From assembly GCA_964016885.1 (NCBI GenBank), contig OZ024744.1, forward strand, positions 31,744,001 to 31,808,000: a stretch of DNA of 64,000 nucleotides. Direction: 5' to 3'. Below are positions 1 to 14,066 of the stretch, piece after piece. Under the pieces are notes generated by a model that ran no database searches, was not told where the DNA came from, and saw only the letters and a program-made list of their open reading frames with translations. Numbering within the stretch: the first letter of the stretch is position 1; every line of letters begins with the position of its first letter. This DNA comes from Eledone cirrhosa. Taxonomy: Eukaryota. The position numbers and the translations under genes are program-made.

Positions 1-126
1 ATATATATATATATATATATATATACTCTTTTACTCTTTTACCTGTTCCAGCCATCCGGCTGAGGCCATGCTGGGGTACCGCCCTTGAAAAATATGAAAC
101 GCATCACGAATTTGCGTGTCATCCTT

Positions 127-161
<35 letters not shown>

Positions 162-173
162 CATATACATACT

Positions 174-227
<54 letters not shown>

Positions 228-243
228 CTGCCAATAGCACCCG

Positions 244-290
<47 letters not shown>

Positions 291-321
291 TATATATCGA
301 CTGCCAATAGCACCCGGAGAC

Positions 322-2641
322 TTGCTCCTAAATATCACTAAAGCAATCGACCAGTGCTACCACTCCAGAGTCCAATACGAGAAAAAACGGCTCAAGCGAA
401 AATATGAGTGGATCTTGTCGAAACGCCACAACGAGAACATCGACACTAACGAACAGACGGACCAGAACCACGTGGAAAACAACAACTTAACAACCGCCAC
501 CGCCGCAACCACCAACACCGAGCCATACCTCAACGATGCGACGCACCTGGTCACCGACCTAACCGGCACTCTCACGAGCGACGAGCTGAAACTCCTACAC
601 CTCGGACCTAAGTTCATCGTCACAGAACGTCTCGACGACAGACTCAAACTCAAACTCAAGGCCAACTTTTGTCGAGGCCAACTTTTGTCGAGCCAACTTT
701 TGTCGAGCCGCTTACCAACTTAAATGGGTGACCGCTATCAACAGCGCCACAGATAATAACAGCGCCGACTCAACCCACCCCAAGTTCCCCACTTACCACC
801 CCGACGACCCACTCCACCCCCCACCCACCAACCACGAACTCGACACTAAACTCATCAGGCTAAAACACTCCATCTCGGATATACTTCACAAACACACACA
901 CACACGCACAACACATAACCTCCCCAAATCTCAACTCACCACTCTCTCCAACCTAAAATCGAAGAACCTCATCTATCTCCCCTCCGACAAGGGAAAAGAA
1001 TTCTGCGTCATCAGCAGAAAGGCCTACAACACCCTGGCCCTCCAACACCTTGACGGTGACAACCTCTACTCCAAGGTCACGGGAATCACTCCCGCACAGA
1101 TAGAAGAACACATCAACTCCGCCTGGACCAACATCTGCGACCGGCGGAAGCTCCCGAAGAAGCTGAGATACAACCTCCTCACGAGGAACAGCAGAATACC
1201 CGCCTTCTACCACCTCGTGAAAACACACAAACAGGGTCCCGACCTGAAAATCAGGCCCATCGTATCGAGCGTAGAGGGACCACTCTACAAAATTTCATGG
1301 CTCCTAGCCAGAATACTCAAACCCATCTTAGACACCTTGCCGAAACACGTTAACAGCTCCGAGGAGGTGTTGAAGCGCCTGGATCAAATGGATCCCGACA
1401 CCAGAAAGAATAACAGATATGCTTTCAGCCTTGATGTAGTCGCTCTCTACACCTCGGTCCCGGCACTCCCGGCCGTCAATATACTAATGGAACGCGTCCA
1501 ATCCACCGACCTACACTGCTTCGGGCTCACCACCACTGACATCCACCAACTCCTATCCATCGTCGTCGACAACACCTACTTCGGATTCCTTGACCAAATA
1601 TACCAACAAACCTCGGGATTGCCCATGGGATCAAGCCTATCAGGTGTGCTAGCGATCTCCTACATGGACAACCTCGAACGCAAGGCACTCAACGCCTGCC
1701 ACCCCAACGCCGTAGCCTTTTTCTCAAGATACGTGGACGATATCCTCATCCTCACATCTTCCCAAGACACGGCGAACAGAATCTATGAGACGTTCAACAA
1801 TACGGACGAGAACATTGACTTCAGTGTTGAACACCCCAACGAAGACGGGTCACTTGCCCTCCTCGACTTCCGAATCAACAACACGGAACAAGGAGGGATC
1901 CACTGCAATTTCTACAGAAAGGCAGCCTGCAGGGACCTATTCGTTCACTACAAGTCCCCCCTCCCTAACAGTGCCAAAAGAGGATACATCACGAACGAGA
2001 TCGCGCGAATCAAAAACAGATGCAGCGATCCCGCGAGTGGTGTCACTCATACCAAGCGATTCCTCGAGGTGCTGGAGACGAACGGGTACCCTACCTCGAT
2101 CACAGACAGAATAGGAGACACCAGACGCAAGAGACAGGGAAGCACCCAAGGCAAGTGCTTCCTTAAAATGCCACACCTGGGCGAGAAAACCACCAACGTT
2201 ATCCGCAAGGCTATACGGAGGGATGGCCTCGACATCCACCTGGCCCACTCGGGCCCTTCTCTGCGAAGATGCCTCTCCAGGAAACCCGAAAAATCTACTG
2301 ACGCATGCTCCCTCAGAGACTGCTCGATACGCCATGCTAACTGTTGCCTACGCACATACGTCGTGTATAAGACAGAATGTGACAGGTGCAACCAATACTA
2401 CATAGGTAGCACAATTCGACCTTTGCACATCCGGATCAAGGAACACACTAAAACCAGGGCCTCGTCTTTCCGGAAACACATAGACAAATGCGGAAACAAA
2501 GACGGAAGGCCCATTGTCACAATTCTAGCGACTGAAAGAAACGTCGGCACATTACGTATCAAGGAAGCGCTTTTTATCAAACGACTGCAACCGCAAATAA
2601 ACAACCGATCAGAGAGAAGCGAAATGAAATGGCTGGTTTAA
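322..2641 (+). pseudogene. Penelope-like element ORF (RT + GIY-YIG endonuclease), 5'-truncated, one frameshift
   Basis: ORF 728-2641 has PSDKG, KTHK..IRPIVS, SLDVVALYTSVP, GLPMGSSLS, RYVDD and C-terminal VVY..C..C..YYIGST.R.L..RIKEH..EALFI..LQPQIN. ORF 322-723 (LLHLGPKF) joins it if the 31-nt tandem duplication at 661-706 is removed. Confidence 0.95.
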
Positions 2642-3024
2642 GTTAACAAGCGATGCAACAACACACAACACACACGCAAACGAGACAACTACACACACAC
2701 ACACACAGTAGCATTCCACCATACGAACATACTACACTGCCAATACAGATGAACAAGGCAACAACAACACACACACACACTCAAGCGAGACAACAACACA
2801 CGCACACACACACACGCAGTAACATTTAACAAACAGGCAGAGAATGGACTGACAGCTAGCGCCATCCCACTCCCTCATTCGGCCGCTGACCTCTGTACGA
2901 CCGACCCCATTTCACGCGCACGCGCGCTCTGCCGAATACCTCAGATATTCAAAACAACAAACAGCGAAAGACGCGTTCCGGACTTGTCCGACAGACAACC
3001 TTTTCCCCCACCCCGGAAAAAAAA

Positions 3025-3059
3025 CCCAGTTGATGGATGAGAATCCGAAATATATAGGG
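3025..3059 (+). ncRNA. Variant minimal hammerhead-like motif in PLE 3' end
   Basis: CC-CAGTTGA-T-GGAT gaga ATCC-GAAA-TATA-TA-GG; core differs from CUGANGA at positions 4 and 6. Confidence 0.5.
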
Positions 3060-3338
3060 ACTATTAAATCTCTCCCAAGGTAACTCTCTCTTGTTTTGTT
3101 ATTTTTATTTTTATCCTTTATACTCTTCCCTTCATTCTACACATCTCACACATCTTATACACAACAGGCATCTCAACGTACACCCACTTACATCTCTCTC
3201 TCCACCACCGGACCTTGTTACCCGGAGATTTACCCATTTGCATTGTCGAGGCTTCCAAACGACTTAAAGATATTTACTTATATATATATATATTAAAATA
3301 ACAGCCCTTTGGATTTTAGTCTTCAAATTTATTATTAT

Positions 3339-4474
<1,136 letters not shown>

Positions 4475-5017
4475 AACAGAGTGTTGTAGTTTACTTGAAG
4501 CATTGTTGAATAAGAAACACAAATTTAAATAATTTTGAAAGCCATACAATGCATTAGAAAGAAAATCAAGATTGCTAAGATAACAAAAGAATCTTACCTT
4601 AGCAAATTTAAAGATCCCAAATAAAAAAACCCATTATCAAGGGACTAACCCTATGATAGACTTAAACATCAATCAGATAAACATGTTTGTATGGCAGCAG
4701 ATTTAAGTGAAATGAAATGAAAAGATGTTAAAATTTCGAACATGCGTATTGTGAGATCTATGATATATGTATGATATATATGTGTGGTGTGTGTGTGTGT
4801 GTGTGAATGTTTGTATGTGTGTGCATGAATGTAAGTGTGCTTAGTGAGATGTTTGTATGTGTGTGCATGTATATAGTGAAAGAAGTGTGAGGAAAAATAT
4901 GTGTGCGATATATGTATGTGTGTGTGTGAGTCTAAGTGTGTCTAGTGAAGACATAGATTTAATTTGAAAGAAAGAATGAAACTGGCCTTTGGGATGTTGG
5001 AATACTGGCTTTTAAAT

Positions 5018-5540
5018 TAACCATTCTGATGTATTTCTTTCCATTCAATTATTGATCCTAGATTTTAATTGCTTGATTAAGAGGGCTTCCTTAATTCTCA
5101 GTGTGCCTCTGCCGTGTTCAGTAGCTAAGATTGTGGTGGTAATGTTGTCCTGGTTCCCACATTTGATGATGTCTTTCCGGAAGGAAGAGGAGTTGGTGTT
5201 AACATGTTCTTTAATACGGAGATGTAACAGTCAAATAGTGCTGCCTATGTAAAATAGATTGCACTTGTTACATTCTAACCTGGATACTACGTAGGTACGT
5301 AGGCAACAATTAGTGTTGCAGATAGAGCAATTGACAAGGGTGCTTCTGTTATCATCGTTGGGGGTTGCCTTGTGGAGAGGTATCTTTGCAGGGAAGGTCT
5401 AGAGTGAGCTAGTTTGATATTGAGACCCTCTCTTATGGTGGCTTTGTGTATGGCGTTGGTGGTTTCCTCGCTGAGATGTGGAATCTTGAAGAAGCAACTG
5501 TTGTTTGTGTTGGTCTCTGGGTTTGGGATTTCATCGTGGG
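5018..5540 (-). pseudogene. Penelope GIY-YIG 3' fragment
   Basis: CFFKIPHLSEETTNAI..LAHS and C..C..FYIGSTI..RIKEH..IKEALLIK, homologous to 2150-2641, with stops. Confidence 0.88.
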
Positions 5541-5596
5541 GTGGAGAAGGAAGCTGATAAATAAATACATACATACATATATATATCCATACACAA

Positions 5597-5670
<74 letters not shown>

Positions 5671-5893
5671 CCGTATTTTGACTAAAGAAATTAAAGAAAT
5701 TATTTAGCCTGATAGTGGGGTTAAGAGAAATGGAAAAAAGATGAGTATTGACGTACTAAATAATTTCTTTAATTTCTTTAGTCAAAATACGGCGATAGCT
5801 TACATTTCTAATAATTTCAAACCCACTCGCTGTTTCGAAAATATTCTTACAGTCGCTAAGTTTATAGCTTCTAATTTGATTGGAAAAAGAAGG

Positions 5894-5966
5894 TGATGTG
5901 TTGGTGTAAATGGTAGCACAGTGGTCCTGACAACCAAAGATGTGGGTTCGACTCCCATGTACGTCA
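5894..5966 (+). other. tRNA-like sequence (SINE head or pseudo-tRNA) inside (TA)n-flanked rearranged element 5667-6052
   Basis: A box TGGTGTAAATGGT, B box GGTTCGACTCC; acceptor (TGATGTG/TACGTCA), D and T stems pair. Confidence 0.55.
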
Positions 5967-6048
5967 ATACTCATCTTTTTGCCATTTCTCGGAGGCAAAA
6001 TAATTTCTTTAATTTCTTTAGTCAAAATACGGCGATAGCTTACATTTC

Positions 6049-6096
<48 letters not shown>

Positions 6097-6274
6097 GATT
6101 GGTGCTCTGAAATACCGATGTATGTTATACTATACATACATTCATGTATACATCGCTATTTCAGAGCACCAATCCTAATACCTAATTTATGACCGGCAAC
6201 CGCTCTGTATAATCAGTTCCTCATTATTACTGGATTTCTATAAGAATCCAGCCTCTATAATTTTCGGCAAAGGT

Positions 6275-6337
6275 GGGGAGTACGTTGCTCTGAGGATCGC
6301 CAACTGCGTGAAACAGACTTTGTTAGCTTCTCTCCCT
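6275..6337 (+). ncRNA. Type I hammerhead motif
   Basis: GGGAG..GCT-CTGAGGA-TCGC caact GCGT-GAAACA gactt TGT-T-AGC..CTCCC; GUU triplet. Confidence 0.7.
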
Positions 6338-6804
6338 TCTTTTGCGGAAAAAAGAAGTAAGTGACATGGTCACTACTTTAAAAATAATAGCGCAAGGTTT
6401 TCAAAATGTTTTTAATTAAACATACGGTATATTGCCAAATATACTATACATACATTCATATATATATATATAAAGTTATGAAACGAAAGGAGCTGTGTGG
6501 TTACTAATCAAAACCTAAATTATTTTAGCCATGACTACCCAGACACGTGAACCCACAACGTAATTCTCAGGGCAATTCAGCGTTACAGAGTGTGTGCCAT
6601 GGCTGGCCTTGTGACGGGCTTCCAAACAGCCTACACAACAAGCCGATCATATTACAAATTTATTACATTAGTGTGGGTCTTTTTATACTCTTTCTCTGTG
6701 CTGTTTTCTAAGATGTCCAAATTGATTTTGTCTCATATAAGTAATTATATTTATAGCATCAGATAAAAGGAATACTATGCAGTTATCCTTTGTTTTCTAT
6801 TACA

Positions 6805-6915
6805 TAAAAGTGATTGTGGGAGCACTGGGAATAATCAAGAAAAGAACAAAACGGTATTTGAGGATGATTCCTGGTTTACCCTCTCTGCAACAGGTACAAA
6901 AAATTGTTTTAACAG
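6805..6915 (+). pseudogene. R4-like LINE RLE C-terminal fragment
   Basis: VIVGALGIIKK..LQQVQKIVL resembles IPIVIGALG..LQKACL at 16580-16700. Confidence 0.55.
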
Positions 6916-7289
6916 ACATGCATTGGGATCGAACCGAGGACCAATTGATTATTACACACACACCTTAACCATTTGGCCATGTTAGGTGCTCTGACATTTT
7001 CATAGATTTCTTTTAAATAAATACATTTTAAATAAATTATCTTCATTTAACGTCATGGCGTATGGAAGATAGAAATAAAGATACAAACGTGATGATCACA
7101 GTTGGAATGCTTTTCAACTTCAGATTACTCTATCAGGGTTGACCTGGACCTAAACAACAACAACAACCATAACACAGATGACAACAGAAACAATAGCAAT
7201 ACTTTTACTACACACACACACACACACGCGCGTATCATTCCAAACACACATTTACGCACACACACTACACGTATACACACTACACGTAT

Positions 7290-7358
<69 letters not shown>

Positions 7359-7690
7359 AACGGAAAAGATGAAACGAAATTTCATTTCCCACTCTTAGTG
7401 CGGCTGTTACTTAAATATAAGTATGTACACGTACATACATATATGTATACAGACGTACAGTAGTATGTATATATATATATATACATACATGCACACATAT
7501 ATATATATGTACGTATGGATTCACCGAACATTTATTATAATGCTCGGTGTGTTTGTAAACAAACATCCCGTATTAAGCCGTAGTGTTGGTACACTCGGCC
7601 GATTAACCCACTCGATATGCAAATTGGGCTACTCAGCCGTTAATATGCATAAGGTAAGTATATACGTTCAACAATCCGGCAGGAAGGTAT

Positions 7691-7733
7691 ACGTTGCTGA
7701 CTATAGCTAATAAGCTTGAAACTACTACAGCGT
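7691..7733 (+). ncRNA. Degenerate hammerhead (same family as 37881)
   Basis: ACGTTG-CTGACTA-TAGC taataa GCTT-GAAA-CTAC-TA-CAGCGT; G8 and helix III mutated. Confidence 0.5.
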
Positions 7734-7938
7734 TCTTTTGTCAGTGTTGAACAAACGAGCAACGCTGGTTGCTAGACACTACGGCTTAATACGGGATGTT
7801 TGTTTACAAACACACCGAGCATTATAATAAATGTTCGGTGAATCCATACGTACATACATATATATGTGTGCATGTATGTATATATATATATACATACTTC
7901 TGTACGTCTGTATACATATATGTATGTACGTGTACATA

Positions 7939-7988
<50 letters not shown>

Positions 7989-8026
7989 ATATTAATAAAT
8001 GGAAACTATATTTATAAAACCATATT

Positions 8027-8092
8027 TATTTTATTATACATATTTCAAGGGCAACCAAGGCAAATTATGATGCGCTTTCATCAGATAAAATA
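8027..8092 (-). ncRNA. Type I hammerhead (inverted arm)
   Basis: Reverse complement of the 8194-8259 motif. Confidence 0.75.
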
Positions 8093-8193
8093 CAGATTTG
8101 TTTTATAAATAAATATTGACATACCCTGAAAAAAGACAACCTTAACGGTTGGAGCTTCCGGGTATGTCAATATTTATTTATAAAACAAATCTG

Positions 8194-8259
8194 TATTTTA
8201 TCTGATGAAAGCGCACCATAATTTGCTTTGGTTGCCCTTGAAATATGTATAATAAAATA
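8194..8259 (+). ncRNA. Type I hammerhead
   Basis: TATTTTAT-CTGATGA-AAGCGCACC..GGTTGCCCTT-GAAA-TATGTA-TA-ATAAAATA; 8-bp helix I. Confidence 0.78.
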
Positions 8260-8299
8260 AATATGGTTTTATAAATATAGTTTCCATTTATTAATATAG

Positions 8300-8492
8300 A
8301 GGGCGGTGAATTGGCAGTATCGGTAGAGGGTCGGACGCCATGCTTTGACGCATAGATATACGGCCCTTGCCATTCTGAGTTCAAATCCCGCCGAGGTTAA
8401 CTTTGCCTTTCATCCTTACGGGGGTCGATAAAATAAAGTACCAGTAATACACTGGGAAATTGCTGGCCTTGTGCCAAAAGTAGAAACAATTA
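8300..8492 (+). mobile_element. tRNA-derived SINE with Nin/Deu-like domain (Octopus OR-type)
   Basis: TGGCAGTATCGGTAGAG A box, GAGTTCAAATCC B box, CCTTTCATCCTTACGGGGGTCGATAAAATAAAGTACCAG, 3' AGAAACAATT. Confidence 0.85.
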
Positions 8493-8613
8493 ATATATTG
8501 TGTATTTACTCCACTAAGCTTTTGAGTGCTTTATATCAGTTATAAAAATGTTTAAATTTGTTGAATCCCAACAAATTAAATATAACCTCTACATATATAT
8601 ATATATATATATA

Positions 8614-8754
8614 TAACAAAGGAAAGGTGGTAAGGAACCAGATGGACCATAACAGAGCTCAAGCCGTTTCGACGGCTATTTCTGGACGAAATAGTCGTCC
8701 AGAAATAGCCGTCGAAACGGCTTGAGCTCTGCCGTCGGGGTCATACTTTTTCCT
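8614..8754. mobile_element. (TA)n-inserted fold-back element carrying HHR 3' half (family also at 35782, 47285, 54276, 57725)
   Basis: GCCGTC-GAAAC-GGC ttgagctct GCC-GTC-GGGGTC plus its inverted copy. Confidence 0.7.
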
Positions 8755-8865
8755 ATATATACATATATACATATATAGACATACATAAATTATTGTAGCA
8801 AGAAGCCAACAGTATTCTATACACACATCCTTCCAGTCTACGCAACTTGTTGCTGTAAGCAAGCA

Positions 8866-9068
8866 TCTTGTTTCTACTGCTGTTGTTGCTGTTGTGCTGC
8901 TGTTACTGTTGCTGGTGCTGTTGTTGTTACTGTTTCTACTGCTGCTGTTGCTGCTGTTGCTGCTACTGTTTCTGTTGCTGCTGATATTGTTGCTGTTGTT
9001 GTTGTTGTTACTGTTTCTACTGCTGCTGTTGCTGCTGTTGCTGCTACTGTTTCTGTTGCTGCTGCTGC

Positions 9069-9115
<47 letters not shown>

Positions 9116-9220
9116 TTGTTATTGTTGTTGTTGTTGTTGTTGTTTGTTGTTGTTATTGTTGTTGCTGCTACTGTTGCTGTTGTTGCTGTTGCTGCTGCTG
9201 TTGTTGCTGTTGTTGTTGTT
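8866..9220. repeat. (GTT/GCT)n trinucleotide tract
   Basis: Direct reading. Confidence 0.95.
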
Positions 9221-9407
9221 TCCCTACTTCGTTGAAGGCGTGGGAAACGTTGTCTACCTGTGTAGTTGTGGGGCGGCGGTGGGCTGTAGGATGTAGGGTG
9301 AGGAAGAGTCTATAGTAAAGACCAGGTGGTCGGACAGCCGCCCAGCTAACTTCACTGAAGCAGGAAGTAGCAGTAGTGAGGGTGGGCGGAGGAAGACCGC
9401 GGGCTGA

Positions 9408-9688
9408 TGACACACACACACACAGTTACACATACATACACACATAGGGACACAGTTACACACACACATACACACGTACACACACAGATACACACACATA
9501 CACACATACACACATACACACACACATGCACATACACACATTCATACACACACATACACACACACATACACACGCATACACATACACACACATATACACA
9601 CACGCATACACACATACAGATACACACATACACACACACATACACACACACACACATACACATACACACATAATACACACACATACAC

Positions 9689-9720
<32 letters not shown>
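9408..9720. repeat. (CA)/(CATA) compound microsatellite
   Basis: Direct reading. Confidence 0.95.
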
Positions 9721-9721
<1 letters not shown>

Positions 9722-9992
9722 TGGAAAAGAAGGGGAAGTGAGAGAGCGACAGAAGGAGGGAGGGAGTGAAAGACTGAGAGTAAGGGTAATAGATAAAGAA
9801 GATAGATGAGGGTGAATTGGGGGGAAAAGAGATACATAGTGAGAGAGAGGGGGAGGGAGGGTGTGAGAGAGAGAGAGAGGCTAGGTAGAGAGGGAGACGG
9901 AGAAAGAATAAAGAATATAAGGAGGGGGAGGAAGTAATGTTGTTGGGGAGAAGTGGTAAATATATATATATACACGTGTATATATATATATA

Positions 9993-11679
9993 TACAATAT
10001 ATTAATAAATGGAAACTATATTTATAAAACCATATTTATTTTATTATATATATTTCAAGGGCAACCAAGGCAAATTATGGTGCGCTTTCATCAGATAAAA
10101 TACAAATTTGATTTATAAATAAATATTGACTTACCCGGAAAAAAAGACAACCTTAATGGTTGGAGCTTCCTTGGTTGCCCTTGAAATATGTATAATAAAA
10201 TAAATATGGTTTTATATGACTGCTTGAAACTCCTTTAAGGAAAATGTTTTCGTGAAAAACTTACGGAAGGTTTTAAGAAAATCTTTTGAAAATTCCTTTG
10301 AAAGATATAGAAAAACCATTATTTTCATACCTTTCAATATTTTTATATTTTTTATATTGTTATATTTTTATATTCTTATATTTTCAAACGTTTTTAATAT
10401 ATATATCCAAATTTTTATTTATATGTGGAAAAACATGATTTTTTTTATATATATGTGGAATAACCTATGGTTTATGCTTTAAATATATTCTTAAGATAAA
10501 TTTTTTAAATGTTTTAACTTTATAGCAAGTAAATTGATGACTTCGTATAAAATAACATATGGTTCATGTTTTAATTATATTCTTAAGATAAAAAATGTTT
10601 AACTTTTTAACTTTATAACATTTAATCCTTAGAGTCATCTGAGTTCTTAAAAAATCACTTCTAACTTCCTTTACACTTCCTTACTGTTTTTATAATATAA
10701 TTAAGTGGTTATTGTTTTGTAAACACTCGAAATTTTTTCATAAATTTAGAATTATTTGGATGTTTAAAATTTTTCACTTACAACTTTTAATAAAATAAAC
10801 TATACTAGATTTGCTCTAATGTAAAATAATATATATTTATTTAAATAATTTATAATCCTTAACATACACATTTAAACTAATTATTAAATTATTAAATCTT
10901 TAATATTAAGGTAAATTTTAATCTTTAATTTTGATTTCTAATTTTTTTATTTTAATCTAATTTTTCATCCTATCATTATAAATATTATAATCAAAACATA
11001 ATGAATCCTGCATTATAAATATTATTCTTCCATGTTATTCTCATTTCTTCATTTCTTCTCTCACTTAAAAATACTTACGCTGTGTATTTATCCTTTGAAA
11101 CTCATCTCTTCGTGCACTCTATTTTCACTGTCAATATATATATAATCGTTCTTTCTTTCCTCTTCTATCTTTCTCATATCTTTCTTCTTTTTTTCTTTTT
11201 TTCTTTTTTTTCTTTTTTTCTTTTTTCTTTTTTCTTTTTTTTTCTTTTTTTCTTTTTTCTTTTTTTCTTTTTTTCTTTTTTTCTCTCTCACTCGCATATC
11301 ACCTTCTTCCAACAGTTTAATTTAAATAAACCATTATCTTTTCAACCTTTCGGACACTCATTTGCATAAACACTAATAACTTTGTATCACCCTCAATTAT
11401 CTCCACTATCCAGGAACCTCCAACCATTAAGGTTGCCTTTTTTTTCCGGGTATGTCAATACATATTTATAAAACAAATCTGTATTTTATCTGATGAAAGC
11501 GCATCATAATTTGCCTTGGTTTCCTTTGAAATATGTATAAATCAAATAAATATGGTTTTATAAATATAGTTTCCATTTATTAATATATTGTGTATTTACT
11601 CCACTAAGCTTTTGAGTGCTTTATATCAGTTATAAACATGTTTAAGCTTGTTGAATCCCAACAAATTAAATATAACCTC

Positions 11680-11685
<6 letters not shown>
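9993..11685 (+). mobile_element. Non-autonomous PLE-like element: inverted pLTR + partial pLTR + ~1.2-kb AT-rich non-coding body + pLTR
   Basis: HHR copies at 10037-10102 (-) and 11482-11548 (+); partial direct copy 10169-10215; (TA)n flanks. Confidence 0.65.
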
Positions 11686-11714
<29 letters not shown>

Positions 11715-11757
11715 ACTGCCCACTCGTTATCGAATATAATACACATATATACATGTG

Positions 11758-11806
<49 letters not shown>

Positions 11807-11854
11807 ATGTGTGTATATATATATACATGTCATGTGTGTATATATATACACGTG

Positions 11855-11936
<82 letters not shown>

Positions 11937-12106
11937 CATAATCGGAGAAAGCTAATAGCGATACTCAGGCCAAATTCCAACTCACTCAACAAACATTAGG
12001 AAATAAGTGAGTATATTCCCAATTAAACTTTCGGAGTGCTAACTAATTGTATTGTGTGGAAAATTGGCTGTATCATTTCATATGAGATATATCAAAAATA
12101 TCTCTT

Positions 12107-12233
12107 CCCAGACGGACGTCTCGTTTCATTATAAGATTTCTACAAGTTGTGTGAAATTATACCAATTTATGTAGATGCTTGTATAAGATCAACAGATACT
12201 TATTCAAGTGGGCTCTTATAATTCTTCAGTGGG
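12107..12233 (-). ncRNA. Type I hammerhead with 79-nt helix II loop
   Basis: CCCA-CTGAAGA-ATTATAAG-(79 nt)-CTTATAAT-GAAACG agacgtc CG-TC-TGGG; GUC triplet. Confidence 0.78.
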
Positions 12234-12622
12234 TGCCCAATAATATTAACATTGATAACCAAATCAACATCAATATTTAGCGATAATAACCCATCAGTGC
12301 TTGAGGTAGCTACTAGATTGTTAGTCCAGCAGTTCTAAAGAAAATCTCACACTGTCTCGAGAATATGAGGTAGAAGATTACCGCCAAAAAACAATACATG
12401 CGTAGGTCAATGAACTCTGAAAAGAATTCAAGCCACGTGCTAGAACTCAAATATATATATATACATGTGTGAGTGTATATCACTTCATCGGAGTCCTAAC
12501 CTCTCTTATTTACCACTTCTCCCCATCAACATTACTTCCTCCCTCGCCTTATATTCTTTATTCTTTCTCCGTCTCCCTCTCTACCTAGCCTCTCTCACCC
12601 TCCCTCCCTCTCTCTCTCTCTA

Positions 12623-12727
<105 letters not shown>

Positions 12728-12922
12728 TTAGGTTTGTTGGTTCACTACTGGATAGAACTGGTCATTCCGTATGGTTAATCTTGGTGTAATATTGTGGAGA
12801 GTACTCAACGTAAAGCAGCTCAAGCGTCTTCGTTTGTGTAGTTGGTGGTGCGGAATACGGAGTTAATTATGAATAAAAAATAACAGGAAGCTGGACTGGT
12901 GTAAATCCTTGAAAGGTTTATT

Positions 12923-12980
12923 ATACTATGATCATTTCAATGACCGGGTTCCATATGAATCCGGTGATATCATCAAGTAT
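12923..12980 (-). ncRNA. Hammerhead, inverted arm (C3U core TTGATGA)
   Basis: Reverse complement of 13068-13125. Confidence 0.7.
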
Positions 12981-13067
12981 TCGAAATATGACAAAGGAAT
13001 ATGTAAAAAACCATGTCTCTGATTTTTCAGACCCATTGTTTTTACATATTCCTTTGTTATATTTCGA

Positions 13068-13125
13068 ATACCTGATGATATCACCGGATTCATATGGAAC
13101 CCGGTCATTGAAATGATCATAGTAT
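13068..13125 (+). ncRNA. Minimal type I hammerhead followed by AATAAA
   Basis: ATAC-CTGATGA-TATCACCGG..CCGGTCATT-GAAA-TGATCA-TA-GTAT-AATAAA; palindromic helix III ATGATCAT. Confidence 0.8.
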
Positions 13126-13187
13126 AATAAACTTTTCAAGGATTTATACCAGTCCAGCCTCCTGTTATTTATATATATATATATATA

Positions 13188-13961
13188 TAAAATAAAGTTA
13201 AATAACAGTCAAATGATTAAAATTTAACTTCGTTTATTACTGCTATATATATTTCAGTGACAGCCATCTTTGGCTGTGACCTCTTCAGGCAGTTTGAATT
13301 AGTATGGTATAGACAAGTACATATGTTGTTTAGGTGTATAATATTGTCAATACTCTGATATGCCCAGTTCTTTGTTGGGTTGTTAATTCACTGGGGAACT
13401 TGAGTCATATGAATTCAAACAAACGAATTTCAGTGTCAAAGGTCCCCTTCTCCTCTCATTGGTCAGTTATTAGAACATTCCTCATTCTAAGTGTTGTTAT
13501 TGTTGGAGTTAGCTTAAAAATTGATAAAATGGTAGAAGGGACAAGGTGTTAAAGGAACAAAATAACAAAAAAAGTGTCAAACTTCCCATTGGTCAGTTCT
13601 GAGAGCATTCCTCAGTCAGAAGTCTATAGAATTCTTTCTGGGGTGAGGCTCCCTGTAGTGTTTTTGCCTGCTATTGTTCAGTACATTTGACCTCTACCAT
13701 TATTTTGGTAGTGTTGTTGGTGTAGTGGTCAGCTTATATCTTGCTGCTGCTAACAATTTGACTTTTATTTAACTTTATTTTATATATATATATATATATA
13801 TATATGATAATAAGGGCGCTGCGGAGTTGCAAATGGGTTACATATGAAAAAAGTTTGTCCTTCATCAGTGATCTTACAACCATCATAGGCATTTCATCGC
13901 TTTAAAGACCATATACCTCCGGTTGGTGCGAGCAACGGCTAAAAAAAGTCGTTGGGACACG
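13188..13961 (-). mobile_element. Inverted near-identical copy of composite 40795-41646
   Basis: Near-identical ORF-track peptides 13334-13552 and 41282-41500; both component elements and the intervening (TA)n are shared. Confidence 0.85.
13239..13293 (-). ncRNA. Minimal type I hammerhead (identical to 41541-41595)
   Basis: ACTGC-CTGAAGA-GGTCACAGCCA aaga TGGCTGTCACT-GAAA-TATATA-TA-GCAGT. Confidence 0.85.
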
Positions 13962-14066
13962 TTTTGTTCCTTTAACACCTTGTCCCTTCTACCATTTTAT
14001 CAATTTTTAAGCTAACTCCAACAATAACAACACTTTGAATGAGGAATGTTCTAATAACTGACCAAT

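Larger units (their letters stand above)
296..3278 (+). mobile_element. Penelope-like retroelement, (TA)n-flanked
   Basis: ORF plus CA-rich 3' UTR and pLTR-like tail with HHR-like motif; (TA)n on both sides. Confidence 0.9.

Noticed and set aside
5894-5966. Functional tRNA gene
   Set aside because: Anticodon arm imperfect (no U33), no adjacent clear terminator, repeat context
10216-11080. Mitochondrial insertion (NUMT)
   Set aside because: AT-rich but no recognisable mitochondrial gene; bounded by pLTR copies
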